Position numbers and translations under genes: made by a program. A DNA stretch of 63,054 bases, counting the filler. It is 5 parts of 5 records of this genome, joined end to end, with 100 filler letters (N's around TTAATTAATTAA, not from the genome) between each part and the next. Parts side by side here need not be neighbours in the genome. Positions count along the whole stretch, not along the records: positions 1 to 10,470 come from DRR723986_5351; 4 more parts are not named here. One strand, given 5' to 3'. The notes beneath the pieces were generated by a model. That model searched no databases. It was not told the origin of the DNA and saw only the letters and a list, made by a program, of their open reading frames with translations. Shown one piece after another: positions 1-7,391 of this stretch; position 1 is the first letter of the stretch; each line of letters begins with the position of its first letter.

Positions 1-278
1 GGGCTAACAGCGTGTAGGACATTTGTAGGACATGCCACTTTTCAGCCTCTCGCAGACCAAAATACCTGCGGCTTCACGTTCCGCGACTAACAAAAGAAAA
101 AAAAGTAAGCCACCGCTGAAAGAGGGGGCGCAGCGCTCTGCTCCGGCACAGACCATAAATTTGAATATGAAAGCCGCTCAGGCCGTATTCAGATTGGACT
201 AAATGCGGCGAAATGTGTAGCTTGCGCAGCACGGGTGAAGGTAGGAACCCGTCTCGCCTTTAACGACAAACACGCAGC

Positions 279-3200
279 ATGGATTTGAGCATATTTCTCG
301 CTTTTGTATTCGGCGTCGCCGGATCTATTGGGCTATTATTTTTTCTACATCGCAAAGGTTTTTTAGCCAAATTTCTACAGGGATCTTTGGCACCTGCAGC
401 GACTGCGAATTCCGGTACGGAACAGCTCCCCGAAGAGCGTACGCCACAAGTGGTAACGCCTGCCGAGCCCGAACCGGAACCGGATGTTTACACCTTTGCC
501 GCACGCCTGCAAAGTTTCTGGCAGCAAGAACCGCCCCTGGACGATCTGCGCCGCAACCCCGACTATCGCGCCGGCATTGAGCTGCTGCAGGAACGCAAAG
601 CCACGCCCGAAGTGCTCCTGGCATACCTGGACGGCAACAATCAAATCGCCGCGTGTATGGCCGCCGAAGTTCTGCTGCAACAACAACACAGCCAGGCATT
701 GCCGACACTCTGTTCCGTACTGCAAATGTGGGAATCGGCTGCCGTGCGTGTGCTGCTCGATATCATCGATAAACTGGCGGAAAAACAGGCCATCGCCTTC
801 CGCGTGCTGCAGTCGATGACCGAGTTTGATTTTGAAGATAAAGATGTGCGCCTGCTGCGCACATTCCTGGAAAATCGGCGCAAAAAGTCCGATAGCCCCG
901 GACCTGAAAATGTTAACGACGACCTCGTCTTTTCGGATCGCGCTCTGCTGATGATGCTCCTGCACCGCCTGCAGCTCGATGCGTTAAAACCGCTGCTCGA
1001 AGCCTTAACACCCGAAGACACTCCCGGCACCGAACTGGAAGAACTCGAAGAATTTGCAGCCCTGCGCCGCCCGCAGGATGCCGTGGGTGACATGGACCGG
1101 CATCTGATTGAACACCGCGAGTTAACCCAAAGTGCACTCAAAATTGAACAGGCCTTCCTGGCCGACGAAACGCGCTCGGCCCTCGTGGTTGGTGAACCCG
1201 GTGTTGGCAAAAGCACCCTGATTGCCATCGTCGAACGGCGCATGTTAAGCAAAGGCTGGACGGTAGTGCGCGCCACCGCAGCACACATAATGTCGGGCCA
1301 AAAATATATTGGCGAGTTGGAGCAGCGCACCTTGCAGCTGGTAGAAGCGCTGCAGGAAAACAAACAGGTGCTCTGGATTATCGACAATATCCACGAGTTG
1401 GCGCTGGCCGGTAAACACCAGTTTTCGTCCTTCTCAATATTGGATACGGTTTTGCCATATATTGAGCGCGGCGATATTCACGTGCTGGCCGAAACTGCGG
1501 CGCGTTCCTTTGAGCGCCTCGTAACATCCAAACCACTTGTGCGCGGCGCCTTTGATGTGCACCGCGTGGAGTCCACGAATGATAGCCAGACCCTGGACAT
1601 TGTTAAAACCTGGGTGCGCGCCTATTCGCGTGGCCGCAAAGACGCGCTCTTAAACGATAAAACAATTGCAGAAGCGCTGGAGCTGTCCAACCAGTTCCTG
1701 AACCGCGATGCAGCGCCCGGCAATATCCTGCGATTCCTGGAAATTACGCGCAGTAATATGGAAGCCGCCGCCACAGGCAAACAGCGCAGCATTACGGCCG
1801 ACGATCTGATTAACACGCTCTCGCAGTTAACGGGTCTGCCGCGCACCATTCTTGATGACCGCGCCGAACTTAAACTGGACGAGTTGAAGTCCTTCTTTGG
1901 CGAGCGCGTTTTTGGGCAGGAAGAAGCAATTGACTGCCTGGTGGACCGCGTGGCAATGATCAAGTCGGGTCTAACCGATCCCACACGTCCGCTCGGTGTC
2001 TTTTTGTTTGTGGGGCCCACGGGCACCGGCAAGACCGAAATCGCCAAGTCTCTGGCGCAATTCCTGTTTGGATCCGCTGAGCGCATGCTGCGCCTGGACA
2101 TGAGTGAATTCGGCACGCCCGAAGCCCTCAGCCGTTTATTGGGAGACAGCCATCAGTCTGCAGACCAGGTCTCGTTTACCGATGAGATTCGGCGTCAGCC
2201 GTTCAGTGTGGTGCTGCTCGATGAGTTTGAAAAAGCCGCACCGCCCGTTTGGGATCTGTTCCTGCAGGTCTTTGACGACGGCCGTTTGACCGACCGCAGC
2301 GGCAACACTGCCGACTTCCGGCACAGCATCATTATCATGACCTCCAATCTGGGGGCGGCGGGGCCGCGCGAGAAAATCGGCTTCATTAACACTTCCGAAG
2401 ATTTTGAGGCGGGCCGCGTGGAAGACGTGGTCGGCCAGGTATTCCGCCGCGAATTTGTTAACCGCATCGACCGCGTGGTTGTGTTTCATCCGCTTAAACG
2501 CGAGATTATGCGCGACCTGCTGCACAAGGAATTACAGTCCGTACTTAAACGCCGCGGCCTGCGTTCGCGCACCTGGGCCGTTGAGTGGGACGAATCGGCG
2601 ATTGACTTTTTGCTGGAGCGCGGTTACACGGCCGATCTGGGCGCGCGTCCGCTCAAGCGCGCAATTGAGCGTTACCTGCTTTCGCCGCTGGCTAAAACAA
2701 TTGTGGCGAATCAGTTTCCGGATGGTGACCAGTTCCTGCATGTGCGCGCCGGCAAAGACAATGAGAGCATCGAGGTTGAATTCATCGATCCCGATCAGGA
2801 TGGTTCGAGCCGCCAGGGCGAATTGTTCCCGGCACATGATTCGAGCGCAACATCCGAGAGCGCGGCCGAGCCCAATCTGCGTGATTTGGTGCTGGATCCA
2901 CGCGGCAGCGTCGCCGAAGTGGGCCATCTCTCGCTAAAAGTAGCTGAGCTGGACAGCCGCATCAATGCCGAAGAGTGGGAGCAGGGCAAAGAGAAGGCGC
3001 TCGCCAACGCCTCTTCGCCGGAGTTCTGGGAATCCAAAGACCGTTTTGCAGTGCTGGCGCGCGTCGAATATATGGACCGCATTGAGGAAGCCATGCGCAC
3101 CGCACGCGGTTTGCTGGATCGCCTGGCGCAGGAGTCCGATGACGGCACCTACGCACCACGCATGGTGCAAAAACTGGCGCAGCATGTTTATCTGCTCGAA

Positions 3201-3752
3201 CTGGCCTTCGACTGCCTTGAGTGTGGCGAAGAGCAGGACGCCTTCCTGGTGGTTGAAGCCGTGCGCGAAGGCGCCAAACGCGCCGATGCCAATAACAACT
3301 TTGCGATGCGCATTGGAAAAATGTACTGGAACTGGGGCCAGAAGCGCGGCATGCAGGTCGAAGTTCTTGAAGAACCCGAAACCGACGAGAACTCAAATGA
3401 GCCTTTCAGGCTGATGATGTCCGTCTCCGGTTTTGGTGCGCTGCAAATCCTGCGCAGTGAGCGCGGACTGCACGTTTTTGAGCAGAACATCGATAACAAA
3501 CGCAATGCCGAACGTGCCATCGTGCGCGTGCGCGTTCTGCCGCAGCCGCTGGTTCAAAATGCACCCGACTTCGATCCGCTGCTGGCCGCACGGTCCGCGC
3601 TGGAAGCCGAAGGTGAGAGCACAGCCAAAATTATCAGACGCTACCAAAAAGAACCAACACCGCTGGTGCGTGACGTTGAACGCAAGTGGCGCTCCGGCCG
3701 TCTGGACCGCGTGCTGGATGGCGACTTTGACGTCATCGGCAGCCCGGCTTAA
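279..3752 (+). CDS. Membrane-anchored ClpA/ClpB-family double AAA+ ATPase fused to a C-terminal release factor 2-like (PCRF-like) module lacking GGQ
   Basis: N-terminal hydrophobic helix; Walker A motifs GEPGVGKS and GPTGTGKT; Clp signatures GQKYIGELEQR, RLDMSEF, VVLLDEFEKA, LQVFDDGRLTD, IIMTSNLG, GARPLKRAIE; C-terminal RF2-like blocks SPEFW, KMYWNWGQKRG, LRSERGLH, IRRY...LVRD...VLDGDFD. Confidence 0.85.
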   Translation: MDLSIFLAFVFGVAGSIGLLFFLHRKGFLAKFLQGSLAPAATANSGTEQLPEERTPQVVTPAEPEPEPDVYTFAARLQSFWQQEPPLDDLRRNPDYRAGIELLQERKATPEVLLAYLDGNNQIAACMAAEVLLQQQHSQALPTLCSVLQMWESAAVRVLLDIIDKLAEKQAIAFRVLQSMTEFDFEDKDVRLLRTFLENRRKKSDSPGPENVNDDLVFSDRALLMMLLHRLQLDALKPLLEALTPEDTPGTELEELEEFAALRRPQDAVGDMDRHLIEHRELTQSALKIEQAFLADETRSALVVGEPGVGKSTLIAIVERRMLSKGWTVVRATAAHIMSGQKYIGELEQRTLQLVEALQENKQVLWIIDNIHELALAGKHQFSSFSILDTVLPYIERGDIHVLAETAARSFERLVTSKPLVRGAFDVHRVESTNDSQTLDIVKTWVRAYSRGRKDALLNDKTIAEALELSNQFLNRDAAPGNILRFLEITRSNMEAAATGKQRSITADDLINTLSQLTGLPRTILDDRAELKLDELKSFFGERVFGQEEAIDCLVDRVAMIKSGLTDPTRPLGVFLFVGPTGTGKTEIAKSLAQFLFGSAERMLRLDMSEFGTPEALSRLLGDSHQSADQVSFTDEIRRQPFSVVLLDEFEKAAPPVWDLFLQVFDDGRLTDRSGNTADFRHSIIIMTSNLGAAGPREKIGFINTSEDFEAGRVEDVVGQVFRREFVNRIDRVVVFHPLKREIMRDLLHKELQSVLKRRGLRSRTWAVEWDESAIDFLLERGYTADLGARPLKRAIERYLLSPLAKTIVANQFPDGDQFLHVRAGKDNESIEVEFIDPDQDGSSRQGELFPAHDSSATSESAAEPNLRDLVLDPRGSVAEVGHLSLKVAELDSRINAEEWEQGKEKALANASSPEFWESKDRFAVLARVEYMDRIEEAMRTARGLLDRLAQESDDGTYAPRMVQKLAQHVYLLELAFDCLECGEEQDAFLVVEAVREGAKRADANNNFAMRIGKMYWNWGQKRGMQVEVLEEPETDENSNEPFRLMMSVSGFGALQILRSERGLHVFEQNIDNKRNAERAIVRVRVLPQPLVQNAPDFDPLLAARSALEAEGESTAKIIRRYQKEPTPLVRDVERKWRSGRLDRVLDGDFDVIGSPA

Positions 3753-3810
3753 CAAACTTTCAGGCCCAAAATTAGCCGCCTGGTTTACTTAACATGATCC
3801 ATCGAACATT

Positions 3811-5127
3811 ATGACGAAACAATCAAAAAACGTCTTCGCCTGGGCCATGTACGACTGGGCCAACTCCGCCTACGCCGTCACCGTTCTGGTGGCGGTCATG
3901 CCGATCTATTGGGCCGAGGGTATTGTTCCCGAGGGTGGTGTTAACTTCTTTGGAACGATGTTAAGCGCCGAAGTTCTGTGGCCATACATGATCAGCGCCG
4001 CCGCCGTTCTGGCATTTATCACTGCACCGATCCTGGGCGCAATTGCCGATTTTAACGCGAATAAACGCGGCTTCTTAACATTCTTCTGTCTGCTGGGAGC
4101 CACCGCAACTGCGGGTTTGTTCTTCTGCGGCGAAGGGGATGTAATTCCCGCGATGATGTTGTTTATCCTCTCGAACATCGGCTTCGTGGGTGGCAACGTG
4201 TTTTACGATGCTTTTTTAACGGAAATTGCCGACGACGAGGACATTGACTGGATTTCGGGCAAAGGTTTTGCCTACGGTTATATCGGCGGTGGCCTGCAGC
4301 TGGCGCTCAGCCTTGGTTTTATTCTGGGTGCCGACTCCATGGGCATTGATGGCGGTATGGCTGCGCGCATTGTTTTATTGTTTACCGGTTTGTGGTGGTT
4401 CGGATTTGCAATGATTCCCTTGTTGCGTTTACGTGATAAAGCCACACCGGAAACCCTGCCCAAAGAATTTGAGGGACGTCCGCGTTACCTGGCTCTGGCG
4501 CAGGTTGGAATTCGTCGTACAATTGGCACAACTGTTAAAATCCGTCAGTTTCGTCACGTAGTACTTTTTCTGCTGGCATTTTTGGTGTACAACGATGCGG
4601 TCCAGACCGTGATTACGCAGGCCTCACTATTTGGATCGAGTGAGATGGGGCTGGACAGCACAACCCTGATGATCACAATATTAATTATTCAGTTTGTAGC
4701 CTTTTTTGGCGCATTATTGTTCGGCTGGGCGGGTAAACGTTTTGGTGCCAAACCCTCTTTGATTGTCTCCCTGGTGGTCTGGTGCGGCATCGTAATTTAC
4801 GCCTATTTCATGGAGACGTCTACCGAATTTTTTGCGCTCGGCGTGGTACTGGGACTGGTTCTGGGCGGCGTGCAGTCGCTCGGCCGCTCGCTGTATGGCA
4901 CGATGATTCCACGCGAGGCCGGCGCAGAGTTCTACGGTTTTTACTCTGTGTTTGCCAAGTTCTCAACAATTTTTGGCCCGATAGTTTTTGGTGCGGTTAC
5001 ACACATGACCGGCTCGATGCGTCAGGCGATTCTCTCATTGATTGTCTTTTTCATCATTGGCATTGCACTCCTGGCATTTGTTAATGTAAATGAGGCGCGC
5101 AAACTCAAACGCAAGGGCGCGTTTTAG
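3811..5127 (+). CDS. MFS transporter, UMF1/Atg22-like family
   Basis: N-terminal WAMYDWANSAY motif, about 12 hydrophobic segments, AEFYGFYS motif. Confidence 0.9.
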   Translation: MTKQSKNVFAWAMYDWANSAYAVTVLVAVMPIYWAEGIVPEGGVNFFGTMLSAEVLWPYMISAAAVLAFITAPILGAIADFNANKRGFLTFFCLLGATATAGLFFCGEGDVIPAMMLFILSNIGFVGGNVFYDAFLTEIADDEDIDWISGKGFAYGYIGGGLQLALSLGFILGADSMGIDGGMAARIVLLFTGLWWFGFAMIPLLRLRDKATPETLPKEFEGRPRYLALAQVGIRRTIGTTVKIRQFRHVVLFLLAFLVYNDAVQTVITQASLFGSSEMGLDSTTLMITILIIQFVAFFGALLFGWAGKRFGAKPSLIVSLVVWCGIVIYAYFMETSTEFFALGVVLGLVLGGVQSLGRSLYGTMIPREAGAEFYGFYSVFAKFSTIFGPIVFGAVTHMTGSMRQAILSLIVFFIIGIALLAFVNVNEARKLKRKGAF

Positions 5128-5445
5128 GCTGGAAGATTTGGTGATTTGAATTTAACATTTGTACCGCGCACGCAGCGGGTACTAACAAGAAGGCCGTTAA
5201 GAGCGCCCACAGGGCAAGCGATAATACCAGACCGGTCCTCACCTGCGGCCCCAACCTATGGTTTTGTCCTTCGGAGGTACCTTTTGAAGTTTTTTGTTAG
5301 TTAATGTGTTTAAGTGCCCAATGCGCTGTACCTGCCACAAAACACGGCTCCGGTAGCATTACAGCCTGGCGCGAAAGTTAATCTACGGCGGGCCTGCACG
5401 CCTTAAACAAATATGTGTAATCCGCACAGACCCGCGCGTTAAGAC

Positions 5446-5805
5446 TTATCTGGGACGCATATCTTCCGGCCCGGTTGCCGAAAGTTGTGCAACTTTAATC
5501 GTGCCTTTGCCAAGGCATTCCCGCAGACTCTTAGCCCACTCGATAGCCTGTTCCTGGCTGTCCACGTTAATGATTGTGAAGCCTGGAATCATATCCTTGC
5601 CCTCAATAAACGGCCCATCTGAAATCGAAAATTGACCATCCTCGACGCTTATCTGCGTTGTACTGCGCGGCAGCTGACCCGTCGCCACGATCTTACCGGA
5701 AGCAAATGACTCTTCCATAAAAGAACCCATTTTGGCCATGCTTTCCGGGCATGGCGGAGGCATTGGCTGATCTTCATTGACCGTGAAATACACAAAAAAC
5801 TGCAT
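5446..5805 (-). CDS. YCII-related (DGPF) protein
   Basis: SDGPFIEGKDMIPGFTII motif; adjacent to an ECF42-type sigma factor. Confidence 0.85.
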   Translation of the reverse strand: MQFFVYFTVNEDQPMPPPCPESMAKMGSFMEESFASGKIVATGQLPRSTTQISVEDGQFSISDGPFIEGKDMIPGFTIINVDSQEQAIEWAKSLRECLGKGTIKVAQLSATGPEDMRPR

Positions 5806-5851
5806 GAGATAACTCCAGATGTATTGAGCCTAAACCTTTGTTCACATACTA

Positions 5852-5878
5852 GTCGAACGGCGGGACGCCTGGGGGACA
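5852..5878 (-). promoter_or_regulatory. Putative ECF42-type promoter for the DGPF gene
   Basis: Minus strand reads TGTCCC-N17-CGAC, resembling the TGTC(GA)...CG(A/T)C promoters of this ECF group. Confidence 0.5.
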
Positions 5879-5902
5879 TGCCCCACAAAAACTTTTTGAA
5901 TT

Positions 5903-7138
5903 CTACTCGGGTAGTTGCGCTATCTGCTGTTTAAGGTAACGCTGTTCGGCGCCGCCGCCTGCCAGTTCGAGTGCCCGAAGATAGGATTTTCTGGCCAGGG
6001 TGGGCTGCTGCAGGCGCACGTAAAAATCGGCGCGGGCGGCGTAGAGCAAATGATAGGATTTGAGCGTCGTTTCGTCCAGCAGTTCATCCGTCAGCTTTAA
6101 CCCCGCGTCCGGCCCCTGATCCATGCCCACAGCAATTGCGCGGTTAAGTTTAACAATTGCAGACGGCGTGGTTTTGAGAAGGAGATCGTAGTATTCCACA
6201 ATTGTGTCCCAGCGCGTGGCGGACATCGAATCGGCGGTGGCATGCACCGAGGCAATTGCGGCCTGCAGCGTGTAGGGGCCCAGGCGGCCGGACATGATGG
6301 CGCGCTGTATGAGCTGCAGTCCTTCGCGAATCAGATCCTGATTCCAGAGTGAGCGGTCCTGCTCTTCCAGCGGAATCACATCACCCGAGGCGTTAACACG
6401 CGATGTGCGGCGCGCTTCCTGCAGGAGCAGCAGCGCCAGAAGACCCAGAGTCTCGGGTGCCGGACTCAATTCCACGAGTGTGCGGCAGAGGAAAATCGCC
6501 TCGTCACTCAGTTCACGGCGAATATGATCCGCGCCGGAGCTGGCGGCATACCCCTCATTAAAGATCAGGTAAATCACATGCAGGACGGCGTTGAGGCGCT
6601 GCGGCAGTTCGTGGCCGGCCGGAATCTCGTAGGGAATATCTTGTGACTTAAACAGCGTTTTGGCGCGTACAATTCGTTTTTTGACGGTTTCAGCAGGCAG
6701 CAGATACGCGCGTGCTATCGCGGCGGTTGACATACCACAGACGTCGCGCAGGGAAAGCGCGATGCGCGCATCCAGCGGCAGCGTTGGATGGCAGCAGAAA
6801 AATATCAGGCGCAGCCTGTCATCCCTTGGCGCGCCATCGTCGGGAAATTCGGGAGCTACAAACTGCGGCGTGCCGGGCAAGACATGTTGTTCGGCAATTT
6901 CGCGGCCGCGGTCGGCACGGCGGATTGTGTCGATAGCCTTATACTTTCCGGTTGAGATCAGCCAGGCACTGGGGTTGGCGGGAATCCCGTCGCGCGGCCA
7001 TTGTTCCAGTGCGGCGGCAAAGGTTTCCTGCAGCGCTTCCTCGGCCGCATCAAAGTCATTGAGCAGGCGTACGAGGGTGGCGAGAACGCGGCCGGACTCC
7101 TGTTTAAAGAGCGCTTCGATTTGGGCCTGGATCATCAT
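5903..7138 (-). CDS. ECF sigma factor with C-terminal TPR-like extension (ECF42 type)
   Basis: Region 2 DFDAAEEALQE...WPRDGIP.NP.AWL; DDRLRLIFFCCHP; YLIFNEGY; QDRSLW; GPYTLQAAIA. Start placed at ATG 7138 (ORF track starts at 7162). Confidence 0.9.
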   Translation of the reverse strand: MMIQAQIEALFKQESGRVLATLVRLLNDFDAAEEALQETFAAALEQWPRDGIPANPSAWLISTGKYKAIDTIRRADRGREIAEQHVLPGTPQFVAPEFPDDGAPRDDRLRLIFFCCHPTLPLDARIALSLRDVCGMSTAAIARAYLLPAETVKKRIVRAKTLFKSQDIPYEIPAGHELPQRLNAVLHVIYLIFNEGYAASSGADHIRRELSDEAIFLCRTLVELSPAPETLGLLALLLLQEARRTSRVNASGDVIPLEEQDRSLWNQDLIREGLQLIQRAIMSGRLGPYTLQAAIASVHATADSMSATRWDTIVEYYDLLLKTTPSAIVKLNRAIAVGMDQGPDAGLKLTDELLDETTLKSYHLLYAARADFYVRLQQPTLARKSYLRALELAGGGAEQRYLKQQIAQLPE

Positions 7139-7143
7139 TGGGG

Positions 7144-7191
7144 GGATCAACTGCAGGATCAATTATGGGATCAATTATGGGATCAATTATA
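7144..7191. repeat. 12-bp tandem repeat, 4 copies (GGATCAATTATG consensus)
   Basis: GGATCAACTGCA, GGATCAATTATG, GGATCAATTATG, GGATCAATTATA read directly; a related copy GGATCATCATTG at 7129-7140. Confidence 0.9.
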
Positions 7192-7391
7192 GAATCTGAA
7201 GTATTTTGGACACCTGGGCAACAAAATCCGAAAAAAATCTGAATCAAGGTGAAACAAGCTCAAACTCTCTCAGTCAATGCTGGTGTATGCGGGGAAAACG
7301 TGTCTCCGCTTCGGCAAAGCTCAAGCCGTATTCCTCAAGCCATTTTGCTTGTAACATACTACCTAATGATAATTGTATTCCGAGGCATATC

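Noticed and set aside
13-33. Direct repeat TGTAGGACAT x2 at the window start
   Set aside because: Two copies at a contig edge with no context to support a function.
2900-3752. Separate or frameshifted prfB gene
   Set aside because: The RF-like region is in one continuous frame with the AAA+ domains and lacks GGQ and SPF, so it is not a functional RF2.
5128-5445. 318-bp spacer between convergent genes as a riboswitch or sRNA
   Set aside because: Only weak short stems and no recognisable consensus or promoter-terminator pair.
7144-7191. Tandem repeat as a CRISPR array
   Set aside because: Contiguous 12-bp units with no spacers and no cas genes.
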